NCBI GenBank assembly: GCA_963726745.1
Contig: CAVSDR010000004.1
Location: 96,001-160,000 of the forward strand
From: an uncultured Verrucomicrobiae bacterium
Lineage (GTDB): Bacteria > Verrucomicrobiota > Verrucomicrobiia > Chthoniobacterales > UBA10450
Direction of reading: 5' to 3'
Length of the DNA: 64,000 bases
Shown here: positions 11,851 through 22,407 of the stretch, piece after piece
Position numbering within the stretch: the stretch's first letter is position 1
How the letters are laid out: every line of letters starts with the position of its first letter
Notes under the pieces: generated by a model
Database searches by the model: none
What the model was told of the DNA's origin: nothing
The model's input: only the letters and a program-made list of their open reading frames with translations
Position numbers and translations under genes: made by a program

Positions 11851-12732
11851 CTACTTACGTCCTTTCATCACGGTGAGCAAAGTATCCGCCATCGTCGCGG
11901 GCGTCTCCGCGACCGCGATCCCCGCGGCCTTGAGCGCTGCGATCTTTCCTTCCGCGGTCCCCTTCCCGCCGGAAACAATCGCCCCGGCGTGCCCCATCCG
12001 GCGTCCCGGCGGCGCGGTCGCCCCGGCGATAAACGCGGCCACGGGCTTCCGGCAATTTTCCTGGATCCAGGCCGCGGCCTCTTCTTCCGCGGAGCCGCCG
12101 ATTTCGCCGATCAAAATCATCGCCTCGGTCTCAGGGTCGTCATTGAAAAGCTTGACCGCATCGAGGTGCGACATGCCATTGATCGGATCGCCGCCGATGC
12201 CGATGCAGGTCGATTGCCCGTAGCCGCGCGAGGTCAGTTGCCAGACGGCTTCGTAGGTCAAAGTGCCGGAGCGGGAGATCACGCCGACGTTGCCGGGCTT
12301 GTGAATATAGCCGGGCATGATCCCGATTTTGCATTGGCCGGGCGTGATGATGCCGGGGCAATTCGGACCGATCAGGCGCGACTTCGAGCCCGCCATCTGC
12401 GCTTTCACGCGCATCATGTCCATCACTGGAATGCCTTCCGTGATGCAAATGACCAATTCCACCCCGGCATCGACCGCTTCGAGAATGCCATCGGCCGCTC
12501 CCGCCGCGGGCACGAAAATAACCGACACATTGCAACCGGTCTCCTTGCGCGCTTCGGCCACGGTGTCGAAGACTGGAACCTTCGACTCAAACGTTTGCCC
12601 GCCCTTCCCCGGCGTGACCCCGGCGACGACGTTGGTGCCGTATTCCATGCACTGCTTTGCATGAAAGCCGCCGGCGCTGCCGGTGATGCCCTGGACGCAG
12701 AGACGGGTGTTTTTATCGACGAGGACGGACAT
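11851..12732 (-). CDS. sucD: Succinyl-CoA synthetase alpha subunit
   Basis: [36 protein letters not shown]. Confidence 0.97.
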   Translation of the reverse strand: MSVLVDKNTRLCVQGITGSAGGFHAKQCMEYGTNVVAGVTPGKGGQTFESKVPVFDTVAEARKETGCNVSVIFVPAAGAADGILEAVDAGVELVICITEGIPVMDMMRVKAQMAGSKSRLIGPNCPGIITPGQCKIGIMPGYIHKPGNVGVISRSGTLTYEAVWQLTSRGYGQSTCIGIGGDPINGMSHLDAVKLFNDDPETEAMILIGEIGGSAEEEAAAWIQENCRKPVAAFIAGATAPPGRRMGHAGAIVSGGKGTAEGKIAALKAAGIAVAETPATMADTLLTVMKGRK

Positions 12733-12763
12733 AAGAAAAGATTCGAATCAGGAAGGGAGGAAC

Positions 12764-12823
12764 GAATTTGGAAACCAGAAAGTAAGAGGCCGGTTTTTCG
12801 CTGGCTTTCTGGTTTCCAAATTC
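12764..12823. repeat. Perfect 19-bp inverted repeat (intergenic hairpin)
   Basis: GAATTTGGAAACCAGAAAG (12764-12782) and CTTTCTGGTTTCCAAATTC (12805-12823). Confidence 0.85.
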
Positions 12824-12824
12824 A

Positions 12825-13190
12825 TCATGCGGCGGATTCCGCTTTGCGTTTGTGGATGATCAGCTTGTTCCCATCGGGGTCGCGGAATTGCGCCATCCAG
12901 CAGACCGGCGTTTCGGTTTTCTCCAGATCGAAGGCCACGCCGCGCTCCTGGAGCTGCGCGAAGGTGCTGTCAAAGTCATCCGTCTCAAACGCGACCGTGG
13001 TGCCATCGCGCGAGGGCTGCCAGGCCGGATGACAACCAACGCCAATGGTGACCGCGCCCAGGTCGTATTCCACCCAGGCGCCCTCCATCTGAGTGCGCGA
13101 GGGCTTTAGTCCGAGCGTTTCCTGGTAAAATTTGCGCGACCGTTCCGGGTCGGAGACGGCGATGGCAACAAAGGCGACTTCCGTGATCAT
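12825..13190 (-). CDS. VOC/glyoxalase family protein
   Basis: VAIAVSDPERSRKFYQETLGL, VAFETDD, FRDPDGN. Confidence 0.9.
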   Translation of the reverse strand: MITEVAFVAIAVSDPERSRKFYQETLGLKPSRTQMEGAWVEYDLGAVTIGVGCHPAWQPSRDGTTVAFETDDFDSTFAQLQERGVAFDLEKTETPVCWMAQFRDPDGNKLIIHKRKAESAA

Positions 13191-13192
13191 AT

Positions 13193-14380
13193 CTATTTTC
13201 CTTTCGCCGCGGCGACGGCCTTCTGCGCGGCATCGCCGAGGTCGTCGGCAGTGGTTACTTTCAAACCCGATTCCGCGATGATCTTCTTCCCCGCCTCGAC
13301 GTTGGTGCCTTCGAGCCTAACGACCAGTGGGACCGGAAGATTGACCGCCTTGACCGCGTTCACGATCCCCTGCGCGATCACGTCGCACTTCATGATCCCG
13401 CCGAAGATGTTCACCAGGATCGCTTTCACGTTCTCGTCCGAGACGAGGAGCTTGAACGCTTGCGTGACCTGCTCCTCGGTCGCGCCGCCGCCGACGTCGA
13501 GGAAGTTAGCCGGGCTGCCGCCGTAAAACTTGATGATGTCCATCGTCGCCATCGCGAGGCCGGCGCCGTTCACCAGGCAGGCGATGTTGCCGTCTAATCC
13601 GATGTAGTTCAGTCCATACTTCGAGGCCTCGACTTCGCGCGGATCTTCCTCGGCGGTGTCGCGCATCGCGGCCACTTCCGGGTGCCGGTAGAGCGCGTTG
13701 TCGTCGAAGTTAAACTTCGCGTCGAGCGCGAGGACCTCGCCTTTGTCGGTCACGACCAACGGGTTTACTTCCACCATCGAGCAATCGAGCGCGAGGAAGG
13801 TGCGGTAAAGACCATCGAAGAGCTTGGCCGCCGGCTTGATTTGCTCGGAGGTGAAGCCGAGTTCCTTGGCCAGCTTGCGGGTTTGGAATGGCTGCAACCC
13901 AGCCAGCCGATTGACCGGTTCGCGCAAAATTTTCTCGGGCGATTTCTCGGCCACGGCTTCGATTTCCACACCGCCCTCGGTGCTGGCCACGATCATCGGC
14001 GCGCCGGTCGCGCGATCGAGCAGGATGGCAAAGTAAACCTCGCGCGCGATCTCGACCGACTTCGCCACCAGGACGGTGTTGACCACGCGTCCGGCCGGGC
14101 CGGTTTGATGCGTGACCAAGGTTTGGCCGAGCATCTTGCCGGCTATTTCCCGCGCTTCCTCCGGCGACTTGCAGAGGTGCACGCCGCCCTTGAAGCCGTT
14201 GGCAAAAGTTCCCTTCCCGCGACCGCCAGCATGGACCTGCGCCTTGATCACAAGATCGTCGGTGCCGAGTTCGCGCGCGGCCGCCTCGGCCTCCGCCGCG
14301 GTCCGCACCGCCTTTCCCGCGGGGGTGGCGACGCCAAATTTCTGCAACAGCTCCTTGGCCTGGTATTCGTGAATGTTCAT
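13193..14380 (-). CDS. sucC: Succinyl-CoA synthetase beta subunit
   Basis: [39 protein letters not shown]. Confidence 0.97.
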   Translation of the reverse strand: MNIHEYQAKELLQKFGVATPAGKAVRTAAEAEAAARELGTDDLVIKAQVHAGGRGKGTFANGFKGGVHLCKSPEEAREIAGKMLGQTLVTHQTGPAGRVVNTVLVAKSVEIAREVYFAILLDRATGAPMIVASTEGGVEIEAVAEKSPEKILREPVNRLAGLQPFQTRKLAKELGFTSEQIKPAAKLFDGLYRTFLALDCSMVEVNPLVVTDKGEVLALDAKFNFDDNALYRHPEVAAMRDTAEEDPREVEASKYGLNYIGLDGNIACLVNGAGLAMATMDIIKFYGGSPANFLDVGGGATEEQVTQAFKLLVSDENVKAILVNIFGGIMKCDVIAQGIVNAVKAVNLPVPLVVRLEGTNVEAGKKIIAESGLKVTTADDLGDAAQKAVAAAKGK

Positions 14381-14528
14381 GCCGCGCGAAACGCTAGCGA
14401 GGACTAAGCATTTGAACGCGCGACCAGCAATCGCTTTTTCGCCAGCGGAAAAAGGAAACAGCGAAAGCCGCACCGTGCTCCGGATCGGCGCCGCCCGTTG
14501 GCGCGGGCAGCGGGCGCGAAATCGTCGG

Positions 14529-14753
14529 CTATTCCGCCAGGTCGGCCACCGGCGCGCGGCGGCCGGAGCGCTGCGAGGACCAGCAGCCTAACGACCAGCA
14601 AATGGCGGCGACGACGAGATTGAAGACGACGAGAAGCGTGGCCACCACGGGGTCGTCCTCGCGCAGGAGGAGTTCCTTGAGCGCATTGGAAATGGCGTAG
14701 AGCGCCACCAGCAAAAGCAGCAGCCGCACAGCGAGGATGAGGGCGTGTTTCAT
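14529..14753 (-). CDS. Small two-TM membrane protein, possibly a PgaD/IcaD-like accessory subunit
   Basis: [21 protein letters not shown]...[20 protein letters not shown] overlap with the stop of the upstream glycosyltransferase. Confidence 0.6.
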   Translation of the reverse strand: MKHALILAVRLLLLLVALYAISNALKELLLREDDPVVATLLVVFNLVVAAICWSLGCWSSQRSGRRAPVADLAE

Positions 14754-16108
14754 CGGAGTTCGGCGGGCGCGCCGGTGAGCAACTCCGCGCTGCGCACGGT
14801 GCGGCGCCATTGCCCGGTGTCGCGCCGGAGGAAGCCCTCCGGGAAGCCGACCACAAAAGTAGTCAGCGAGATGGCCCAGAAGTAAATCGTGTAGAAAGGC
14901 GCGAGCAGGAAGAGCTTTGGATAAGTGCTCCAGCGGGCGCGATCGAGCAGGGTGGCGATGATGAGCTGGAGAAAGAAGAAGCCCAGGCAGATGCCGAAGT
15001 AGACCAGCACCCGGCTCCAGACCGCGCCATGGGTCCAATCGTGCCCGCGGAGCGCGTGCCGCGTCGCCCCATAAAGCCGGATGACGCCGGTGAGGAGCGA
15101 AGCCCAAAGCCAGGTCGCGCCGAGCACCGTCATGAGCGCGACCGGCACGTGGGTCGCGCCGCGCCGGAGTGCATCCGGGAAATGGTCGCGCATCGCATGG
15201 CCCAGGCCGCGACTCCAGCGCCGGCGTTGCCGCCAGAGTCCTTTCCAGGTCGGCACCATCTCCACGAGCGCGATCCAGGTGCGGTCGTAAACCACCCGCC
15301 AGCCGCCGGATTGCATCCGCCAGGAGAGATCAATGTCTTCCGCGGCGGTCTCCTCGTTCCAACAGCCGATGTCGAGCAGCGCCTGCCGCCGGAAGGCGAC
15401 CCACGCACCCGAGACGGTCATGAGGCCGCCCCAGCGATTCTCGGCGTTTTTCACCAAGCCAATGACCGCGAGGTAATCGAGCGTCTGCATGAGTTCGACG
15501 AGCGAGCGCGGTTTCGCCGGCCAGATCTTGCCGGTGACGCCGCCCACGCCGGGCGCTTGCGCGAAGCGCGCGAGCATGCCGCGCCAGTCTTTTGTGTGCA
15601 CGATGCTGTCGGCATCGAGGCAGACGACAATCTCAGACGCGACCTCGCGCAGCGCGGTGTTCATGGCCGCGGCTTTGCCGACATTTTCGGGTAGACGGAG
15701 CACGCGCGTGCCTGCCGGGAGCCCGGCTTCCTGCAGGATGCGCGCGGTCTCGGCCACCTCCGGGCTGCCATCGTCCACCAGCAAAATTTCCGCTGGCGCG
15801 GGCGAGACTCCCAGAAGGCTGTGCGCCGTGCGCAAAGCGCCCGTGGGCTCGGCATAAAACGGAATGATCACGCTGTAGCTCGGCAGGGTTGCCGGCAGTT
15901 TGCGTTTCCGGAAAGAACTCAGGAGGCAGATCAGGCCGTAGATCGACCAGACCAGGCAGACCACGAGCGGGAAAAGATCGATGTATTCCGCGACCGACTC
16001 AAAGGAGCCGCGCGGCCAGTCGCCGAGATCGCGAAATTCGCTCAGCCAATGGTCCGCGACCATCCGCACGAACTCCGCAAAAGTGATCGCCGCGAGCGAG
16101 AATGACAT
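14750..16108 (-). CDS. Processive GT2 glycosyltransferase, PgaC/IcaA-like
   Basis: VDDGS, GKAAAMN, LDADS (DxD), AEDIDLSW, QRRRW motifs; N- and C-terminal TM helices. Confidence 0.85.
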   Translation of the reverse strand: MSFSLAAITFAEFVRMVADHWLSEFRDLGDWPRGSFESVAEYIDLFPLVVCLVWSIYGLICLLSSFRKRKLPATLPSYSVIIPFYAEPTGALRTAHSLLGVSPAPAEILLVDDGSPEVAETARILQEAGLPAGTRVLRLPENVGKAAAMNTALREVASEIVVCLDADSIVHTKDWRGMLARFAQAPGVGGVTGKIWPAKPRSLVELMQTLDYLAVIGLVKNAENRWGGLMTVSGAWVAFRRQALLDIGCWNEETAAEDIDLSWRMQSGGWRVVYDRTWIALVEMVPTWKGLWRQRRRWSRGLGHAMRDHFPDALRRGATHVPVALMTVLGATWLWASLLTGVIRLYGATRHALRGHDWTHGAVWSRVLVYFGICLGFFFLQLIIATLLDRARWSTYPKLFLLAPFYTIYFWAISLTTFVVGFPEGFLRRDTGQWRRTVRSAELLTGAPAELR

Positions 16109-18514
16109 CAGTGCGGCCGCGGGCCGGGCGCGAGAAGCGCGAGCGTTTGATCGACCGTGCTGGTCACGCCGGCGTCGAAGTTGGAATGGGCGCGCAGCTT
16201 CAGCAGCCGCTGGGTCCCGGCGGCGACCTGGCCGTTTAGGATCTCGAGCGCGCCGCGCGAAATCTCGGCCTGCGGATGCGCCGCGGCTTGGGGATTGAGT
16301 TGCGCCAGGGCCGCGGCGAGCAAGGTGCGGCTCTGCGTTTGCCGGCAGACGCGGAGGAAGCCGAGCCACCAGGATTGCTGTTCGCCCGCGTCGGTCGGGA
16401 AGCTCAGCGGCACGCTCTCATCTTTTCGCAGCACGGGAATGCGCGGGAGGTTGCCATCCGCGGCGGTGTCGCGCGAGACGAAGATCGGTGGAGTATCGAA
16501 GCCGAGAAAATGGGTGAAGCCGGCGACGAGGGCGACCGCCTTGGAGGTCATGTTCCACTCGCCATATGGCCAGCAAAAGAAGCTCGGGATGGGGAAGCCG
16601 TGCTCCGCGAGCTTTCGCCGGCAGGTGTCCATGTCGATGCGCAGGCGGCGTTCGTATTCGCCCTCGGTCTCGAGCCGGTTTTTCTCCGTGAGCCATTGGC
16701 GCGTGGTCTCGGCCGGCGAACCCTCATCGGAGGCGGCCATTTCCGTGGCTTGATAATGCAGCGCATCGGAGTGCGCGATCACTTCCACGAGCCCGGAATC
16801 GTAAAGCTGCTTCGCTTCCTTCCAGGTCATCGTCGGGTCCGGCTGGAGCGGCTCGCTCGTCGCGTGGCTGCTCTCGTCCGTCTCGCTCATCCAACTGGTC
16901 ACAAGCGCGATCGTGTAAGGTAAGTTTCCGCTGCAGCGCGCGTGGGTGGAAAAGTTTGACGACACTTTGGGAGCCGTCATCGATCGTGAGCACGAGCGGG
17001 CGCGGCGGCAGGAGCGCGGCATCGCCGGTGATCGCGAAGCTCTGCAAGCGCGACAACGGAATCACGTGGAAGCCAGCCTTGGCCACGGCATCGAGCATCG
17101 CGTCGAGGTAGGTCGTGCTGCACTTGTAGAGATAAGCCTGCGTGCCCGGCGCGACGTCGGCAAAAGTATGGAAAGCGAGGATTGGGCAAACCGGGTCGGC
17201 GTTGTTCTCCTTGAGCGCGCCGCGCTTGTAGAGCTCGCCCAGGCAAACCACGCTCCAGATGGAAGCGTCGCCCGGAAATTCCTTCGGCACGATCGGCTTC
17301 GCCCGCGTCTCCGCGACCGCCTTCGCTCCGGGCGTAGGCGAGGCCGCGGCTGGTTCCTCGGCGTAGCCGAAAAGGCGGCGGACGGGAGCGTTTGCGCGCA
17401 GGATTTCCGTAAGCTTGTCAAAGGTGTGCTCCTCCCAGGTGCCGTAAGTGAAGAAGGAAACTCCGCGCAACGGATCGGGCGGGAGGCTGGCCAAAGCGCT
17501 GGCTATTTCCGGCGCCGGACTGTCGATCCCGAGCGCGGGCCAAAAGGCGGCACCATTCGTTAGGTAACGCGCGTAGGGGCCGACGACGTTCTCCCCGGCC
17601 CAGGTCGGCGGCTTCTTCCAATCGCTCCAGTAAAGCATCGGCTGGAGGAACTCGAGCCCGCTGCGCGCGAGCATGGGATAGTTTTGGCTCTGCTCGGTGA
17701 ACTCCGGCGGCAGGAGGAACGCGCCGAAGTGCACCGTCGGGCGATGCTCGTGCAGGAGGTCGACCGTTTTCGCGACCCAACCAGCGATCGCTCGCGCGCG
17801 GAAATCATACCAGCGCGCCTTGTAGTAATCGTTGTCCAGGGTCATGCGGCCCCACTTGAAACCCATCAGCCGCTCGAACTCCATCCCGGTGAATTTGTCG
17901 CAGCCGTCCCACCAGCCGGCGTAGCGCAACCAGTCGAGCGAGACGCCGTCGAACGGGTAGGTGTCGACTAATTTAGCCAGCAACTCGGACTGGCGATTTT
18001 GCACCCGCGGATCGCCCGCATCCACAAACCACTCGCCGCGCTGCCCGCGATAAGCCGCCTCGGGAAAGAGCGCGGCCATCTGCGCATCGTGAAAGCATGG
18101 CCACCAGGCGAAGACCTTGATCTTCATCTCCTTCGCGCGCGCGAGCATTTCGCGCAGCCAATCGGCATTCTCCCAGCCGGCGGCGGTCTTCTCGTTAGGC
18201 AGCGGGACCAGGAGCTCGCCGCTCTGGAGCGTCTGGCCGGTGCGGGCGGATTTGAAATTGTCCTCGTCCTGTTTCACCAGAAGGTCGATGCGGGTGATCC
18301 CGCGCGCCTGGCATTGATTAAGAAGGAACAACCAGCCGCCGCCGGTCACGTTCTCGGTTGTGCGGACCACGATCCCCTGCTCCACGCCGGTGTCGGCGAT
18401 TTTAGCCGGCAAGATGGAAGGCACGGGCGAGGTTTGACTTTGGACGTGCAAGGGCGTGGCGGACGCGAGCGCCAGGAAGAGGAAAGCCAATCGCGGGCAG
18501 GAGAGCAGTCGCAT
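16108..18514 (-). CDS. Secreted glycoside-hydrolase-like TIM barrel + polysaccharide deacetylase (PgaB-like functions); +1 frameshift near 16921
   Basis: Signal peptide; KVFAWWPCF and YPFDGVSLDWLRY (GHL10/13-like); LVLTIDDG, IAHSDALH, FCWPYG (CE4/NodB); the join reads KLPYTIAL. Confidence 0.8.
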
Positions 18515-18672
18515 CGAGGAGCAGTAGTGTAGAGACAGGGCGCTGGTGTTCAAATCGCGCCGCCCGGGCCAGGCGGAGGTCAAAAAAAAGGCTCCCTTCA
18601 CACTCCCCACTTCCTCTCTAAGCTCTCGTTAGGCCAAGTGCTCGCGGCGCCCCCGGGCCCTCAGGAAAACGA

Positions 18673-19617
18673 TCAGAGCGGGCGCAGTGGCGGCAGCAGT
18701 TGCTCGATGGCTGCACGCTCCGGCTCGAGCCAGGGTGGCAGAACCAGCGTCTCGCCGAGATGCGCCGGGTCTTCATCGACCGCAAACCCGGGCCCGTCCG
18801 TGGCCAGCTCGAAAAGCACCCCTCCCGGTTCCTTGAAGTAGACCGAGCGAAACCAAAAGCGGTCGATCACCGGCGTGGGATGCGCCCCGGCCGCGGCCAC
18901 GCGCGCGCGCACCTCGGCCTCGTGCGCCTCGTCCTCCACCCGCCAGGCGAGATGGTGAATGCTCCCCGTGCCCCAGGCGCCACGCGGCGCGCCCGCGGTC
19001 TCGCGCAGATCGACGTAGCAACCGGAGGTTCCCCCGGCCACGCCATAGCGTTGCCACTCGCCTTCGCTCGCGATTTTCCGAAAGCCCATCGCTTCTTCCA
19101 GGAAAGCCGCCGTCACCGCGAGGCTGGCCTCGGCCAGGCGCGCGCTTTCGAGGCCGCGGATCTGGTGCTCCGGCGGCACCGGGCTGCCAGCCCAGGCGCG
19201 GAAGTTGCGCCCTAACGAGTCCTGGCTCTCAACCAGCGCCAGCCCGAGGCCATGCGGATCGCGCAACGGGAGCGCCTTTTCCCCGAAGCGAATTTCCACC
19301 TCGCCCGTCGCGAGATCGAGGCGCCCCAGGCGTTCACGCCAGAATTCCAGGCTGCCGGGGGCGATGGCTAACGAGACCTCGGTCCCAAGGCCGGAGCCCA
19401 AACGCGCGGGCGCCAGCTGCGCCCACGGGAAAAACGTCAGGTCGGTCCCGGGGCTGCCGGCAGCGTCGGCGTAGAAGAGGTGATACGTGCCGGGGTCGTC
19501 CTGGTTGACGCTCTTCTTCACCAGCCGCATCCCGAGCACGCCGGCGTAGAAATCGAGATTCTCCTGCGCGGGCCCTGCGATCGCCGTGATGTGGTGCAAT
19601 CCGCTGACTGTTTTCAT
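18673..19617 (-). CDS. Ring-cleaving dioxygenase (MhqO-like, VOC superfamily)
   Basis: GLHHITAIA, VKKSVNQDDPGTYHLFY, DRFWFRSVYFKEPGGVLFELAT. Confidence 0.92.
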   Translation of the reverse strand: MKTVSGLHHITAIAGPAQENLDFYAGVLGMRLVKKSVNQDDPGTYHLFYADAAGSPGTDLTFFPWAQLAPARLGSGLGTEVSLAIAPGSLEFWRERLGRLDLATGEVEIRFGEKALPLRDPHGLGLALVESQDSLGRNFRAWAGSPVPPEHQIRGLESARLAEASLAVTAAFLEEAMGFRKIASEGEWQRYGVAGGTSGCYVDLRETAGAPRGAWGTGSIHHLAWRVEDEAHEAEVRARVAAAGAHPTPVIDRFWFRSVYFKEPGGVLFELATDGPGFAVDEDPAHLGETLVLPPWLEPERAAIEQLLPPLRPL

Positions 19618-21800
19618 GGCTTCGTTTTGCCTTCCGTTGCCGGCTCCCCAGCGACCTCGTATTCCGGCTTGGCCGCGCCCAGGAGCCAGCGGTCGAACCA
19701 GCCGACGAGATGCTGCAAGCGCTCGACCCGGTGCCACGGCTGGCCCGCGCGCGAAAGCTCGTGCGTCTCATTCGGGAACTTCACCATCACCGTCGGAATC
19801 TTGCGATATTTCAGCGCGCGGAACATCTCCTCGCCGCCCGCCGTCATCGGCGTGCGCGTATCGGTTTCGCCAAGGATCAGCATGAGCGGCGTCTTCACGT
19901 TCTGGATGTAGGTGATCGGCGACCGCGCCTTGAAATCTTCCTCCTGCTCAAACGGCGGCCCCTTGAACCAACTCGGCTGGAAAAGCGTGAAATCCGCGGT
20001 GTACCACCAATTCGCCCAGTCGGCGATGTCGCGCTGCGAGACCGCAGCCGCGAAGCGATCCGTGTGCGTAATCACCCAGTTAGTCAGCAAGCCGCCGCCG
20101 CTCCCGCCAGTCACGCCGAGCTTCTTCTCGTCCACGTAACCGCGCTTGATCACTTCGTCGACGCCCGCCATCAGGTCCTTGAAATCGTCGCCTGGATACT
20201 TGTGCTGGATGATGTTCCCGAACTCCTGGCCGTAGCTCGTGCTTCCGCGCGGATTGGGATAGAGCACGATGTAACCTTTCGCCGCCATCCACTGGAACTC
20301 GTGGTCGAAGACAAAACCGTAGGCCGCGTGCGGGCCGCCGTGGATGTTCAGGATAAGCGGATATTTCCGCTTCGCGTCAAAGCCCGGCGGCTTTTGCAGC
20401 CACGCCTGGATTTTTCGGCCATCGAAACTCTCATACCAGACTTCCTCCGGCTCGGTCAGGTTGAGCTGGCTAAAGAGCGCGCGATTGACGTCGGTGAGCT
20501 GACGCAAGCCCGCGCCTTCGACCACGAAAAGATCGCCGATGCGCGTGGGCGTGGAGACGAGCACGAGCAGCTTTCCGGCATCCGCGCTTGTGCGAAAACG
20601 GCCCACCGCCTGGTCGCCTTTCGTGATCTCGGTCAAGGCGCCGCTGGCGGCGTCGAAGCGGCCGAGATTGGTCCGGCCTGCACGCGAGAAAAGGTGAAAG
20701 ATGCTCTTCCCGTCGGCGCTCCAGACCGGCGGATTATCTCCGCCCGCGCGCGGCGCGCCGTTGTCGCCAAAGACGCCGCTCGCGACATCGAAGTCGAACT
20801 CAGCGGTCAGGTTGCGCGGCTGCGCGTTGGGCTTCAACTCCAGCGTCCAAAGATCCGGCTGGGTGTAGGAATTCACCGGCTGATTGGCGGAACCGACGAA
20901 GGCGATCTGCGTTCCGTCCGGACTGAGCGCCGGGTCTTGCATCCCGAGCTCCACCGTCGTTAGGCGCGTCGGCTCGCCGCCACTCGCGGGCACGGAATAG
21001 AGTTCGGTCTTCGGCAGTTCGTAGTAGGGCTCGTCCACCCGGCGGGTGGTGAAGAAAAGCTGCGCGCCGTCCCGTGACCAGAAGGGATCCTCCTCGGAAA
21101 AACGGCCCGTGGTGAGCTGTTTTGGCAGCACTTTGTCGCCCGGGTTTTGCGGCACCGCGACCGTCCAAAGGTGATCCGGGTGCTTGAAGTCGAGATAGCC
21201 TTCGTTATTCGAACGATAGACCGCGCGCGTGATCACATGCACGTCGCTCTCGCGCTCTTTCGCGTCGGCCTTGGCCGCGCCGGGTTTCTTCTCGTCTTCC
21301 TGCTGCTTCTGCCTGGCCAGGTCTTCCGGATTGGTCGAGCTGCTGAATGCGATCGTCTTGCCATCCGGCGACCAGCGCGGGTTGCTCGCGCCTTTCGGGA
21401 GCGAGGTGAACGGCCAGGCCTCCCCGCCGGCGGCGAGCGGGAGGAGGAAAAGCTGGCCCGGCTCCGGTTTCCCCTCTTTCTCGCCACCGCGCACGAAGAC
21501 GAGCTGCTTCCCATCGGGCGACCAGCGCGGGGAACTGTCGCGCGTGCCACTCGTTAGGCGGCGCGGCTCGGCGCCCCCGGCGGTCGGCACCAGCCAGAGC
21601 GAAGTGTCGTAACCCTCTTTCTTTTCATTCACGCTCACGCGCACGAAGACCGCCGCGCTTCCATCCGGCGAAAGCTGCGGATCGCCGATCCAGACAAAAT
21701 CGAAGAGATCCTTCTCGGTGACCGCGCGTTTCTCGGCCGCGACCAGGGAGGAAGCGAAACCCGCGAGACCAAGAGCCAGCAACTTGAGGGACAGACGCAT
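19614..21800 (-). CDS. S9 family peptidase (prolyl oligopeptidase / acylaminoacyl peptidase)
   Basis: Signal peptide, WSPDG beta-propeller repeats, IHGGPH, GGSGGG, DTRTP, HELSR. Confidence 0.92.
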   Translation of the reverse strand: MRLSLKLLALGLAGFASSLVAAEKRAVTEKDLFDFVWIGDPQLSPDGSAAVFVRVSVNEKKEGYDTSLWLVPTAGGAEPRRLTSGTRDSSPRWSPDGKQLVFVRGGEKEGKPEPGQLFLLPLAAGGEAWPFTSLPKGASNPRWSPDGKTIAFSSSTNPEDLARQKQQEDEKKPGAAKADAKERESDVHVITRAVYRSNNEGYLDFKHPDHLWTVAVPQNPGDKVLPKQLTTGRFSEEDPFWSRDGAQLFFTTRRVDEPYYELPKTELYSVPASGGEPTRLTTVELGMQDPALSPDGTQIAFVGSANQPVNSYTQPDLWTLELKPNAQPRNLTAEFDFDVASGVFGDNGAPRAGGDNPPVWSADGKSIFHLFSRAGRTNLGRFDAASGALTEITKGDQAVGRFRTSADAGKLLVLVSTPTRIGDLFVVEGAGLRQLTDVNRALFSQLNLTEPEEVWYESFDGRKIQAWLQKPPGFDAKRKYPLILNIHGGPHAAYGFVFDHEFQWMAAKGYIVLYPNPRGSTSYGQEFGNIIQHKYPGDDFKDLMAGVDEVIKRGYVDEKKLGVTGGSGGGLLTNWVITHTDRFAAAVSQRDIADWANWWYTADFTLFQPSWFKGPPFEQEEDFKARSPITYIQNVKTPLMLILGETDTRTPMTAGGEEMFRALKYRKIPTVMVKFPNETHELSRAGQPWHRVERLQHLVGWFDRWLLGAAKPEYEVAGEPATEGKTKP

Positions 21801-21866
21801 CGCGAAACGTGGCACCATGCCCACGCGGTGCAATCCGCCACTGCCTCGAAACACGAATCCCCTTCT

Positions 21867-22349
21867 GTGCGCGCGCTCCTGCTTTGCTTTTGCCTCTTCG
21901 CCAGTCCGGTCCTGGCCACGCCCACGGTCTACCTCGTGCGCCACGCGGAGAAAGCGCCGAACGATCCGAAGGATCCCGACCTGTCCGACGCCGGCCGGAA
22001 GCGCGCGCAAAATTTAGCCAGCACTTTGAAGGACGCCGGCCTCACCGCGATCTACGCCACCGAGTTGAAACGCACGCAACAAACTGCCGAGCCGCTGGCG
22101 CGCGCCACCGGCCTGCAGGTCACCATCGTCCCCGCCGCCGAGACCGCCGCGCTGGTCGCGCAATTGCAGGAAGCGAAAGGAGCGGTGCTCGTCGTGGGTC
22201 ATTCGAACACGCTCCCGGCGATCGTAAAAGCGCTCGGCGCCTTCGCGCCAATTACCCTCGATGACGCTGCCTACGACGATCTCTTCATTGTCACCGCGGG
22301 CGCGCCGGCCTCGCTCCTGCACCTCCATCTGCCAGCGGCCCACGATTGA
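21867..22349 (+). CDS. Histidine phosphatase family protein
   Basis: VYLVRHAEK, RTQQTA, LVVGHSNT. Confidence 0.88.
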   Translation: MRALLLCFCLFASPVLATPTVYLVRHAEKAPNDPKDPDLSDAGRKRAQNLASTLKDAGLTAIYATELKRTQQTAEPLARATGLQVTIVPAAETAALVAQLQEAKGAVLVVGHSNTLPAIVKALGAFAPITLDDAAYDDLFIVTAGAPASLLHLHLPAAHD

Positions 22350-22407
22350 CACCGCCGCTGTCCTGTCGTTAGGCTAGCACCCGTTTTAAAATCCGAGACT
22401 TCCGCTT

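Noticed and set aside
18515..18672. c-di-GMP riboswitch upstream of the pga-like operon
   Set aside because: The leader is purine-skewed with a T-run, but I could not match the GEMM consensus.
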